Shown here: positions 25,976 through 38,855 of the stretch, piece after piece
Layout of the letters: every line of letters begins with the position of its first letter
Numbering within the stretch: the stretch's first letter is position 1
Assembly: GCF_006345805.1 (NCBI RefSeq)
Contig: NC_043022.1
Span: 186,001 to 250,000, forward strand
From: Octopus sinensis
Lineage: Eukaryota
DNA length: 64,000 nt
Direction of reading: 5' to 3'
Notes under the pieces: generated by a model
What the model was told of the DNA's origin: nothing
What the model saw: the letters and a program-made list of their open reading frames with translations, nothing else
The model's database searches: none
Position numbers and translations under genes: made by a program

Positions 25976-26632
25976 CCTGCCATACAAAAAAAAAAATACA
26001 GTTATATGTACAATCAAAAGATGTAAGGATACAATGGTTGGTGAAGAAGAAAGTATGATTTAAATTCGCTTTGTGTATATATTTGTGTGCGGTGCGTGCT
26101 GATATATAAAACTGTGTGTATGGGTTATCTAGAATTCGGGATGTACTTACAGGTATCTTTACGAAGTAGAATGGCGTGTTCTCGATCGTAGTTGCTACAC
26201 ATGGTAACACAGATTTACGACAAGGAGACACAGTTATTTTCTTTTTGTAGAATCATTAAAGGTACTGCTCCAATATCCAAGGAATATATTTATATATATA
26301 TATATTATATATTATATATATATATTATATATATATCACCGTCACCGTGACCGACCAGGCTATCAGATGTTGCTACACATCGCTGGTCACAATGCGTTTC
26401 GCATTGTTTTAGCCTTTAAATGACGCCACCCCGCAGGCCAACAGAAGAAAGAGTGAGAGAAAGTTGTGGCGAAAGAGTACAGTAGGGATCGCCACCACTC
26501 ACTGCCGGAGCCTTGTGGAGCTTAGGTGTTTTCGCTCAATAAACATTCACAACGCTCGGTCTGGGAATCGAAACCGCGAGTCCGCTGCTCTAACCACTGG
26601 GCCATTGCGCCTCCACACACACACACACACAC

Positions 26633-26768
<136 letters not shown>

Positions 26769-27300
26769 TACTTATCTAGTTTTTCCAAAGAGATGGGTAT
26801 TTCCAAGGCAGTGGAAGACTTTGAACTTCTTTTCAAGTTAAAGTGATACCATGTGCTGTATACGTCTGTGTATATATTTTCTGTTTTTCTCTTCTTTGTA
26901 TTTCAGATGGTTTTTCTTTAAATATGTCTTGTTACGTTTTCATTCAAAAGTTATTCAGATAATGATTTTATTTCATTTTATTCTTTTGTTCCGATCAAAA
27001 ATCGCAGTTAATTTTCAAATTTCGTAAAATCCATTATTTGCAATGTTTATAATTACTACATTCGCAAAATATATATTAAACATTCCTGTTTAATATATTT
27101 CACTTTAAATTTCCTCAAGTCAATACTCAGTCATTCAGGAAGACGTTCAAGGATTTTTTGACTTTTATTTATAATAGCCTTCGCAGCTTTACAGAAATTT
27201 CTTGGCGATTTTATAGGAGCTTAAAAAACCACATGTTGATTGGAGGCCGACCGGAAGTATAGATAGATAGATAGATAGATAGATACATACATACATACAT

Positions 27301-27335
<35 letters not shown>

Positions 27336-27336
27336 T

Positions 27337-27370
<34 letters not shown>

Positions 27371-27371
<1 letters not shown>

Positions 27372-27635
27372 AACCTCCGAGTTTCGGATGCCGAGGTGGA
27401 AATCCACGCCGCCATCTCTTCAGTTATCCGGCCATCGGAAAAATGCGGAAAAGAATTTTTCCGATGGCCGGATAACTGAAGAGATGGCGGCGTGAATTTC
27501 CACCTCGGTATCCGAAACTCGGAGTTTTATCATGGTTACCGAATAATTTTCACATATTACATTTACAGATAAATTCCTCTATTTACATAATATCGAAGTC
27601 TTTTTCGTTCTTTTGTTGTCTTACCATTTTTATCA

Positions 27636-27640
<5 letters not shown>
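27371..27640. mobile_element. Penelope-like terminus with a 74-bp-arm palindrome; homolog 33130-33315
   Basis: 27371-27444 vs 27455-27528, 10-nt loop; each arm holds a CTGAAGA...GAAACTCGGAG core. Confidence 0.65.
27471..27531 (+). ncRNA. Minimal hammerhead ribozyme motif; homolog 33150-33208 (+)
   Basis: GATAA CTGAAGA GATG...TATCC GAAA CTCGGAG TT TTATC. Confidence 0.55.
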
Positions 27641-27668
<28 letters not shown>

Positions 27669-27699
27669 TATATATTATATATAATATATATATACATAA

Positions 27700-28010
27700 A
27701 GACCCATGAAGAGGGATTGCACCAAGAAAGTTTCCCTCCGAGGTACAAGTAATTTGTGGAAGACCAGCAGTTGTCCATGCATACCAGACACTCCTCTTCA
27801 CATAACCGATATTATTTAGGGGAAACGCAAAGGGGCCGATGCAGCTTCGCACCAATGACGTCGCAACTCATTTCTAAAGATGAGTGAACTGAGGTAAGAT
27901 TAAATAAAGCGTCTTGCTCAAGAACACAACACTGAGCCACGTCCGGGAATCGAACTCACTAACTCATGATAGTGAGCCCGACGCTCTAACCACTGAGCCA
28001 TGCGCCTTCA
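27700..28010 (-). mobile_element. tRNA-derived SINE family D; second copy ~19300-19620 (-)
   Basis: Minus-strand TGGCTCAGTGGTTAGAGC...GAGTTCGATTCCC head followed by GTGTTGTGTTCTTGAGCAAGAC central motif; the two copies align. Confidence 0.7.
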
Positions 28011-28731
28011 TCCATCCAGCCATGCATATATACATATAACACATACATACATACATATATAAATACATACATACATACATACATACATAATACATACATA
28101 CATACACACATACATACATACATATATAAATACATACATACATACATACATACATACATACATACATACATACATGCATAATACATACATACCTACATAC
28201 ACACATCATACATACATACATACACACATACACACATGCATACATACATATCTACATACATACATACATACATACATACATACACACATACATACATACA
28301 TACATACATACATACACATACATACATACATACATACAAACATACACACATATATACGTATGTACGTACATACATACATACGTGCGTACAGATACAAGGA
28401 TCAACTCAGAGCTACACAGAAAGCCACTGGACTTGAGCCTAAATCGTTTCAAATACAAGCCCAGGACCGGACCGAGTGGTGATGGTCCTGCACCATCGGA
28501 ACCAAAACCATCGAAACCATCAGAAGAGAAAGAGAAGAAATGAAACGACGGAAGAGATAGACTTCACAAATACAACCTTGTTCTCCTTCACTGATATTAC
28601 CATGCAGTCAATGCCATCGCCTCTTCTGCGCCAGAATCGGTCTTCGTAGACTTCAAAGCCATTACCATAAAGAAAGCTTTGAGCAAAGAAGAAAACCTAA
28701 ATTCTTGAATTCGAAAAAATAGGCGACGGCA

Positions 28732-29590
28732 ACATACATACACAGATAGATACATTCATACAAACACATACATACACAGATAGATACATTCATACAAACA
28801 CATACATACACAGATACATTCATACAAACACATACATACACAGATAGATACATTCATACAAACACATACATACACAGATAGATACATTCATACAAACACA
28901 TACATACACAGATAGATACATTCATACAAACACATACATACACAGATAGATACATTCATACAAACACATACATACACAGATAGATACATTCATACAAACA
29001 CATACATACACAGATAGATACATTCATACAAACACATACATACACAGATAGATACATTCATACAAACACATACATACACAGATAGATACATTCATACAAA
29101 CACATACATACACAGATAGATACATTCATACAACACATACATACACAGATAGATACATTCATACAAACACATACATACACAGATAGATACATTCATACAA
29201 ACACATACATACACAGATAGATACATTCATACAAACACATACATACACAGATAGATACATTCATACAAACACATACATACACAGATAGATACATTCATAC
29301 AAACACATACATACACAGATAGATACATTCATACAAACACATACATACACAGATAGATACATTCATACAAACACATACATACACAGATAGATACATTCAT
29401 ACAAACACATACATACGCAGATAGATACATTCATACAAACACATACATACGCAGATAGATACATTCATACAAACACATACATACGCAGATAGATACATTC
29501 ATACAAACACATACATACGCAGATAGATACATTCATACAAACACATACATACGCAGATAGATACATTCATACAAACACATACATACGCGT
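28732..29590. repeat. 34-bp VNTR, ~25 copies
   Basis: Unit ATACATACACAGATAGATACATTCATACAAACAC; the last units carry ACGCAG. Confidence 0.9.
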
Positions 29591-29740
29591 ACATATATAC
29601 CCACATGTTTATGCACACATACATGTTTTTATCAGGACATGTAAACATGTAGACGTTTCACAACGGCTGAAGCAGCAAGAGTAGTAGTAGTAGTGGTGGT
29701 GGAGTGAGGTGGTGGTTGTATTACTAGTGGTGGTGGTGGT

Positions 29741-30303
29741 GGTTGTCCGGAAAGTTCGTGCCGATTTTTAAAGGAAAGAAAAAGGACAATAAATACTTGC
29801 CATTACATTTTTAATTAACCAAATATGAACCATTTTGTTACAGAATGCGTCTCCATCTTTCCTTTAACTTGAAAATACCCTCTTCCCAGAATTGGGGTGG
29901 TTTCATAGCAAAGAATTCATCAAGGTATCTTTTTACGTCATCCAAGGAATTGAAATTTTTACCATTAAGACTATTCTGCAGAGACCTGAAGAAGTGAAAA
30001 TCCGAAGGAGCAACATCTGGTGAATAGGGAGGGTGGGGTGACACATCCCAGCCGAGCTGCAGCAATTTTTGTCTGGTTCCTAAAGCATCATGTCCCGAAA
30101 ATGAACCTTCTTATATCCCATTTTAAAGGGTTACAGAATTAGCACAGGTTATAGGAACATAAACCTTCTTCCACGAAAAGATAGCTTAGACTGTGCTCTA
30201 AATGGAGGTGTAGTCAAATCCTATTTTATGGACTCGACCATGTTCTAAAATAAGTCGAAAGGTAAGCTACTATAAATCGGCACGAACTTTCCGGACAACC
30301 CAA
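29741..30303 (-). mobile_element. Internally deleted mariner (DD34D) element
   Basis: TIRs GGTTGTCCGGAAAGTTCGTGCCGATTT / AAATCGGCACGAACTTTCCGGACAACC; HPPYSPDVAPSDFHFFRSLQNSL...KERW transposase C-terminus. Confidence 0.9.
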
Positions 30304-30467
30304 TAGTAGTAGTGGTAGTGATAGTAGCTGTAGCGGTGATAGTGGTGGTGGTGGCGGTAGTAGTAGTAGGGGTGTTAGTGGTTGTGGTAGTGTTGGTGGT
30401 GGCAGCAGCGGCGGCGGTAGTAGTAGAACACCATAACAGTTATTTGTTTTCCTTTCTTTCTTTTCAG

Positions 30468-30587
30468 ATATAAATGAATGCGATTTGAGGAACGGAGGTT
30501 GTGAGGAGATGTGTTTCAACACCCCAGGGAGCTTCTACTGTGCCTGCCATCAGGGGTTCAAGCTCACAGACAAAAGACTATGCCTGG
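30468..30587 (+). CDS. Exon 7, cbEGF 4 ([40 protein letters not shown])
   Basis: TTTTCAG|...G|GTGAGG, 120 nt, phase 1-1; absent from the ORF track, translated by hand. Confidence 0.95.
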
Positions 30588-30862
30588 GTGAGGACATAAA
30601 GTTGTTTCTATTTTGATGTATACATACAAGCACAAACACACACACACACACATCAATATATATGCACACCTAGGAGTAATTAGGGGTGAATCCATGATCC
30701 AGAGAATTCCAGAACTAGAACCTCTCCTTTGGATGCAGTTTAGTGGATAGGGGGAAATCTGCGAAGTTGAAAAAAAACTGTTCCGTATATTTAAAAGAAA
30801 ATTTATAATTTATATATATATATATTATATATATATATATAATATATATATATATATATAAT

Positions 30863-30896
<34 letters not shown>

Positions 30897-30904
30897 CTAT
30901 CGTA

Positions 30905-32060
30905 AATGCAAAACAACACCACGGAGGAGTCGATGTAATATCAAGTGATAAACCGCGATAGGTGAAACACGATATGGCGAGGGATTACTGTACAATCACA
31001 CATACATATATAACGAAAAATAACGAAACTTCACCCGGCATTTGATTACTTGTGGACGCGTTTCTGAGTAAGATAGATATGGAGATGCAAGAATTACATC
31101 GCCATTCTATCATTCTCTTCATCAGCACAAAGATTTCAATATTTTAAATTAGAGAGCACTGAAAAAATTGAACATGCCTATCTGATTCAAGTAACATCAA
31201 ACACACTATTTTCAGCATCTAGTACCAATGAATTCAAAGCATACGAATGAGGCTTCGTATTCTCCATTTTCGTTATTTTTTCCTCTATGCCTACGTGAAT
31301 TGTTTTTGAGTATACATTGTCTGGGAGATTCTTCTTATAGTAGAAGAAATAGCTAAGTTCTTTGGCTGCTATTTCTAAAAGTTCGGTATGTGGCAAAGCA
31401 AATATTTTGCTGAACCCTAATTATAATTATACTCATAATTATATAAAGTAATGCTTAAGTTTATCGTAAATGGTACTTTTAACATGCTGAACACTACTTG
31501 GTAGAATTATTAATTACTAATCAATTAATTAATTTTACCCTTTATTATTATTGATAATATAATTTCTCTCCCTGATAATAAACTACAGATTTTTCTGTAG
31601 GAATTTGTTGCTCAACAACACACGTGGGTGGATGAAGGAGAATATGAAGCTTCATTCGTATGTTTTGAATTCGTGGGTACTGGATGTTGAAAATAGTGTG
31701 TCTGATATTACTTGAATCAGGCATATTCAATTTTTTCAGTCCTCTTTAATTTAAAATATTGAAATCTTTGTGCTGATGAAGAGAATGATAGAATGGCGAT
31801 GTAATTCTTGCATCTCCATATCTATCTAACTCAGAAACGAGTCCACAAGTAATCAAATGCCGGGTGAAGTTTCGTTATTTTTTCCTCTATGCCTACGTGA
31901 AATGTTTTTGAGTATACATTGTGTGGGAGATTCTTCTTATAGTAGAAGAAATAGCTAAGTTCTTTGGTTGCTATTTCTAAACATTCGGTATGTGGCAAAG
32001 CAAATTTTTTTGATGAACCCTAATTATATATTATACTCATAATTATATAAAGTAATATAT
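30905..32060. mobile_element. Penelope-like remnant with inverted (~250 bp) and direct (~190 bp) repeats; fragment at ~490-715
   Basis: 31017-31266 inverted to 31636-31885; 31268-31460 direct to 31870-32056; a hammerhead core in each inverted arm. Confidence 0.65.
31049..31131 (-). ncRNA. Minimal hammerhead ribozyme motif; inverted twin at 31767-31849 (+)
   Basis: TTTGTG CTGATGA AGAG...CTCA GAAA CGCG TC CACAAG. Confidence 0.65.
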
Positions 32061-32130
32061 ATATATATATATATATATAATTATATATATATATATATAT
32101 ATATACATAATACATACATACATATATATG

Positions 32131-32212
<82 letters not shown>

Positions 32213-32492
32213 CAGGCTTCTCTGAAGGCTTTGGTCAGCCGGAGGCTATAGTAGAAGACACTTGCCTAAGGTGCCACGCATTGTGACTGTGCCAGGAACC
32301 ATGTGGTGGTTAAGCAAGCTTCTTACCACACAGCCTGTGCCTATAACATAAATACATACATACTTACATACATACATACATACATATATATATATATACT
32401 ATACACATATACACATACATATATACACTCATATAAACTCGTATTCACTACGTTTTTCAATCTTATCTGTTTGTTTTTTCTATTTTCCTTAG

Positions 32493-32612
32493 ACATCAAT
32501 GAATGTGACCACATGAACGGAGGATGTAACCATCACTGCAACAACACCATTGGTGGACATAAGTGTGAGTGTTTCCATGGTTACAGTCTCCAAAACAGAA
32601 CACAGTGCATCG
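32493..32612 (+). CDS. Exon 8, cbEGF 5 (DINECDHMNGGCNHHCNNTIGGHKCECFHGYSLQNRTQCI)
   Basis: TTTTCCTTAG|...G|GTAAGT, 120 nt, phase 1-1. Confidence 0.95.
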
Positions 32613-32769
32613 GTAAGTGGTCAGCTGGTACAGCGGATATTTGCGTGACAGGACGTAGGTTTGTGTGTGAGTGTGTGTGTGTTTGTGTATGTGTGTGTGT
32701 GTGTGTGTGTGTGTATTACTGAGCGAAAGTTTGTTCCTGACTGTGTTGGTAATGTTGTTGTTGCAATTG

Positions 32770-33070
32770 TTGCTGTTTAGCCCCAGGTCAGTCCTGACCC
32801 ACACAGACCTATGATCAAAGATGTTCCAGCTATGACCATCCCATCTTTTATTCAGGCATAGTGTATCTAGAACTACATTATCTAATGTATAGTATAGGAG
32901 TTAGTATTACTGGCTATATATCTTGTTGTTTAGCCCCACGCCTGTCCTGGTCCAGACAAGTCTATGATCAAACACGCTCCAGCTGTGACCATCCCATTTT
33001 TTATTCAGGCATAGTTTATCTAGGACTACGTTATCTAATGTATAGTACAGGAGTTAGTATTAGAGGCTAT
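32770..33070 (+). repeat. ~155-bp tandem duplication of a retroposon tail
   Basis: TTTAGCCCCA...CTATGATCAAA...TCCAGCT(A/G)TGACCATCCCAT...TTTATTCAGGCATAG occurs twice. Confidence 0.7.
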
Positions 33071-33312
33071 AGTTGTTGTTAGTGGTGTTGCTGTGTATCA
33101 TGTAAGGCTAGAGATGGAAACGATGATTTCCCTTCGCAAATACTGATCGATAACTGAAGAGATGCCGGTGCAGGTTTCCGCCCCGACATCCGAAACTCGG
33201 AGTTTTATTATGCCAACCAAATAATTGTCACATAATATATTACGGATAATTTCCTCTATTTACATAATATCGAGGTCTCTTTCATTCTTTTGTTGTCTTA
33301 CCATTACTATTA

Positions 33313-33395
<83 letters not shown>

Positions 33396-34754
33396 AGAGA
33401 GAGAGAGATACGGGTGTATGTGATTGTGTATAGAAGAATATATTAATAAAAGGAATTCCAACCTTGTCTGATTTTCACGTTTTATTTACAATCTTATAAT
33501 GATGTAATATAAGATATATAATAAAATAAAATAAAATAAAAATAATAGAATGTTAAATGTTTCATTCTGATTGAACTAGTTCTTTCATGCATTAATTTAT
33601 GCAATCTTCGGGTTCATGTAGAAGTGGTGACAGTCATGCTTCACAATGTTTGAGTGTAGCGAGGAGTGCGTATATGTATGCGTGGGAGTGGGCGTGCATG
33701 CGTGTTTACGTGTATGGGAATATGTATATATGTGCATATGAATGTGTGCATGTGCATACATACGAGAGTGATTATGTGTGAGGGCGTGGGATGTATGTGC
33801 GTGCATGTATGAGTGTGTGTGTGTGTATGTATGTATGTATGTATGTATGTATGTGTATGTATTTAGTTGCAACTACGTGGTTTCAGGTCTCTCGTATTTC
33901 GGGTTCTGTCCCACTGCGTGACATCTTGGGTAAGTGTCTTCTACTGTATCCCCGAACCTACGAAAGCTTTGTGAGTGAATAAGGCAAAGGGAAACTGTTG
34001 AGAAACCTGTCGTGTGTGTGTGTGTTTCTAACTTTGATCCCACCACCATGTGAATTACACGGTGACAGTGTTGCTGTGTTTACATCCACTTAACTTAGCG
34101 CTTCGACAAAAGAGAATGGGAGAATAAGTGCTAGGATGTAAAAAATTCAAGTAATGGGATCGATTCATTGGACACAAATTACTCAAGGTATTGCCCCAGC
34201 ATGGCCACAGTCGAATGACTGAAACAAGAAAAAGTTAAAAGGTGAATTTTGTCATTTGTAAGATATTTAGGTCAAATAAGAAATATTTAGGTCATTTATT
34301 TAAAATTCAGAAATGAAGCATTCTTGTCTGTTCATCACATTCAACAACTCTGACGTCATAATGAGGCATTAATTTTAAGTTATGATTTTTTTTTTCACCA
34401 CGCAACCCACTACCCCTATCTGGACAGATGTTGAGTAATTTTTTGCGCTACGCACTTGGGAGCGATGGGGGAGGCCTTTCTGGTAAAAAGGAAAACTCTG
34501 TGGAGGGTGTGTGTGGTTTGGGGGGATATTTGGCTGTTGTTTCTGGCAGATTCTACGACCCCCTGGTACCTTCCTCGTTTCTGCCCCTCCATTTCGGCTC
34601 CAGGCGAGTCCGTGTGTGTGCATGAGAGTGTGTGTGTGTGTGTGTGCGTGAGAGTATGTGTGAGTATAAGAAAATATATTTACCAAGAGAATAGCATATT
34701 ATTAAAAACAAGTATATCATTAAAAGTATATTAAATATGGTTTCTGATTACAAA

Positions 34755-35055
34755 TATCTTGGGTCATACATATCGTGTGGAAAAGATTTTCTAACTAGAA
34801 AGGGTATGGCCTGGTCAGCCTGTAATGACATGCCTAAAATCTGGACATTGTTGTAGAGCTGAAAACGAGGTAATTTCTACTCTTCTCCTCTAGAAGCCAT
34901 CTGCTCGCGATACCAGAGGGCGCAGACTCTCCTAATCTCCAGGGATACAGGCATCCAGCAACAGGACCTCCGTAATGCTATGATGGACCGCGAAGTCTGG
35001 CGTAGCATAGTAAATTCCATTGTCTCGACCATGGTCGAACAATGATGATGATATT
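34755..35055 (+). mobile_element. RTE LINE 3' remnant with (GAT)n tail
   Basis: YLGSYI...RKGMAWSACNDMPKIW, then DLRNAMMDREVWRSIV and a CAATGATGATGAT tail. Confidence 0.7.
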
Positions 35056-35149
35056 ATTATTAAAAACAAAAATAATTTTGAAAATTAATCGGAAGTAATT
35101 TTCCGTCACATCTCACAGAATCAGTAGAAATTTCGACGTGTTTTTGTGA

Positions 35150-35670
35150 GAGTGTGTGTGCGTGTGTTTTTGTATGTATATGTGTGTGTGTTTTTGTATG
35201 TATATGTGCGTGTGCTTTTGTATGTATATGTGCGTGTGTTTTTGTATGTATATGTGTGTGTGTTTTTGTATGTATATGTGCGTGTGCTTTTGTATGTATA
35301 TGTGCGTGTGTTTTTGTATGTATATGTGTGTGCGTGTGTTTTTGTATGTATATGTGTGTGCGTGTGTTTTTGTATGTATATGTGTGTGTGTTTTTGTATG
35401 TATATGTGCGTGTGCTTTTGTATGTATATGTGCGTGTGTTTTTGTATGTATATGTGTGTGTTTTTGTATGTATATGTGCGTGTGCTTTTGTATGTATATG
35501 TGCGTGTGTTTTTGTATGTATATGTGTGTGTTTTTGTATGTATATGTGTGTGCGTGTGTTTTTGTATGTATATGTGTGTGCGTGTGTTTTTGTATGTATA
35601 TGTGTGTGCGTGTGTTTTTGTATGTATATGTGTGTGCGTGTGTTTTTGTATGTATATGTGTGTGTGTGTT
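35150..35670. repeat. 22-26 bp minisatellite (GTGTTTTTGTATGTATATGTGT variants)
   Basis: Direct reading; explains the YTYKNT-repeat ORFs. Confidence 0.85.
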
Positions 35671-36147
35671 TTCAAAACATCAAAGTAATAAAATGCTTTG
35701 ATCGCTTATGTGTGCATATACATAAATATATGTGTGCGAAAGTGTATGTATACGTACATAGACACATACAGGCGTACACACAAAATGCATAAATACATTC
35801 ACACAGACACATGCATACACACATCACTCACATACATACGCACATACACACATGCATATATGCATACAAACATACATACACGTCTACATACATACATACA
35901 TACGTACGTACGTACCTAGATATATGCATGCATACATATATACATACAAGCATAAAAACACATACGCACATAAACACACACACATATATGCATATGTACA
36001 CGACGCGCTTCTTTCAGTTTCCGTCTACCAAATGTACTCAGAAGGCATTGGTCGGCTCGAGGCTATTGCAGAAGACACCCACGTAAGGTACCGCGCAGTG
36101 GAACTGAACCAGGAACGAAGTTTCTTACCACACAGTCACACTTCCGC

Positions 36148-36212
<65 letters not shown>

Positions 36213-36369
36213 GTGTGTGTGTGTGTGCCTCTGTGTGTGTGTGTGTTAGAAGGTTTGGAGATGATGTACAGGTATTATATATTAGAAGAAACGAGATACT
36301 CAGAAATCTGGATGGTTTTATATTTACAGATATTTATTTGTATGTTACATGTTTTTATACATCATATAT

Positions 36370-36416
36370 CATAAATTAGCGCTTTCTTCCACTCTAGTGG
36401 AGTCTTCAGATTGATC
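36370..36416 (-). ncRNA. Degenerate minimal hammerhead motif in a Penelope-like end
   Basis: GATCAAT CTGAAGA C TCCAC TAGA GTGGA A GAAA GCGC TA ATTTATG; helix I 5/7. Confidence 0.45.
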
Positions 36417-36545
36417 TGAATTGTGTATCTAATATATACAGATCAATCCGGATTTCTGAGTACCTCATTTCTACTTATATATATATATATATATATATAA
36501 TTTTTATATACATATATACATACATATATACATAAATACATAATA

Positions 36546-36580
<35 letters not shown>

Positions 36581-36928
36581 ATATATATATATATATATGT
36601 ATGTATGTATTTATGTATATATATATGAAGAAGTGTAATTCGGCAGGAGAACTTAAACGACATGCAAAGGTACATGAAGCCCAGTTACACTACAGCCGGC
36701 TATTACCAGTAAAGGTTTTAGTTGCCAATTTTGTACAAGACAGTGTAGATCTTTAGCTGAGCTAAAAAGTCACATTCGATCACAGCACCAGTAACAGTTA
36801 AGCTTTGTGCAATGACCATACTCGATAACGAGGGGGCAGCCATAATAATGTATGTATGTGTGTATATATGTATATATATATACATATATATATATATATA
36901 CATATATATATATTATATATATAATATA

Positions 36929-36985
<57 letters not shown>

Positions 36986-37538
36986 TATATATATATGCAT
37001 ACACATAGATATATGTGTGTGAGAGTGTGTATATAAAACACTCAACCTCCAAACCTTGCCTGCATGAGGCACTTCACATATAAAAGCACAACTCTCCAGC
37101 ACTGCTAAATAAACATAATGAAGCACAAAGCACATGCAACCACCGCTTTTTTCACACATTCAAATTCTACCACAAATCCAAATGCCTAAACGACCATACA
37201 GTACATTTCCACAATAGCCCTTAGGTAATCCCAATAACCTTATAAATCTACATTCTAGCTCCTAATCCCTATTTAATTCCTCACTCATACTCGAATATCA
37301 CAACCATCTAATTATATTCGTGTGTAGGTGCATCCATCCATTTGTGCGTGTATATGTATGAATGTGTGTATGCATATATGTATGTATGTGTGTATATGTG
37401 AATGTATGTATGTATGCAAGGTATATATACCTGTGTATACAGGGGCGATAATACATGCAGATGCACCTATATGTGGATGCAAATGTGTACATATACATAC
37501 GAGTAAGAGTTGTGTGGCTATTGATATGTATAAACGTG

Positions 37539-37579
<41 letters not shown>

Positions 37580-38566
37580 GTCTAATATATACATATGTAT
37601 ACATCTTCACATATATATTTTCCTATATTCCTAAGCACTGACCTGCCAAAACCATCTAAATTCCTTAATTCTTTACTACTAACCCTCTCTCTGCCCCACC
37701 ACTTAGACTCTATCACTATACATTTGTCACTCCTTTACCTTTTATTACCCACCCTCCCTTTATCACCCTTGCTCTCCCCATTCCTACTTTCAAATTATCT
37801 CCACTGACCACTAACTGATGCACTTTCACTTATCTAGATCTTTATTTTTCTTCTTCTTTCTTTCTTTACTTTATTCCTCTCTTCCTTTTTTTTATTTTTA
37901 TATTATTTTATTATTCTATTATTTTTCTTACTTTTTTCTCTTTATTCCCTCTTTTTCTCTTCTTTTTCTCTTTCTTTATTCCTCTCTTTCTGTTTTCGAT
38001 TTAACCCTACGAATACACTGCCTATTTTTAGGTTACTTTAAATAAAACTCTTGATTCAATAACACTGTGTATAAACTCTATATTTGGAATGACCAATTTT
38101 ACATACTATTGGATTTTACTCATAAGGTATTGGAATCTTATATCTATTCTATTCTGCCTAAAAAATGGATCTACAAATACAACATCTCTACATAACTCAC
38201 ATCTATTTCCTTTATTTCCTCCACCTCACTCCCTGTTTTATATCTTATCTAAATTAACTATTTCTTAACCATCCTCTCACACCGTCTCCGATGAATGGAT
38301 ATAATAAATATCCTGGAAACAGCTGTACGACCTTCTATCTATAAATGTTCTAAAATCTACACTTCCTTGGGTTTTTTTTTATCTCATTACGAAAAAAAAA
38401 TTCTTATATACACACGCTGACATAGAATCAACGTTGAACCCCTTATTCGCAAAATTACCGAACCTGGAACCTAACTATGGTCTGTCTAAAGCACTTATTC
38501 AGCATACCTGATACCTTGGATATCAATGGCACCATTATCTCTCATAACCTCCTAAATATATAATAT

Positions 38567-38604
<38 letters not shown>

Positions 38605-38776
38605 TTTGAAATCGTTTGGGAATAATAGAGTGATAGATAAATAAATAGATAAATAGACAGGCATACAAACAGATAGACAGACAGGCAAGCCGACAGACAG
38701 AAAGGACAAATAGATAGATACATGCATACATACATACAAACATAGACAGACTGACACATAGATAGGTAGATAGATG

Positions 38777-38855
<79 letters not shown>

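Noticed and set aside
28732-29590. CRISPR-like 34-bp periodicity
   Set aside because: Units are contiguous with no unique spacers, no cas genes, eukaryotic context; same for the 62-bp array.
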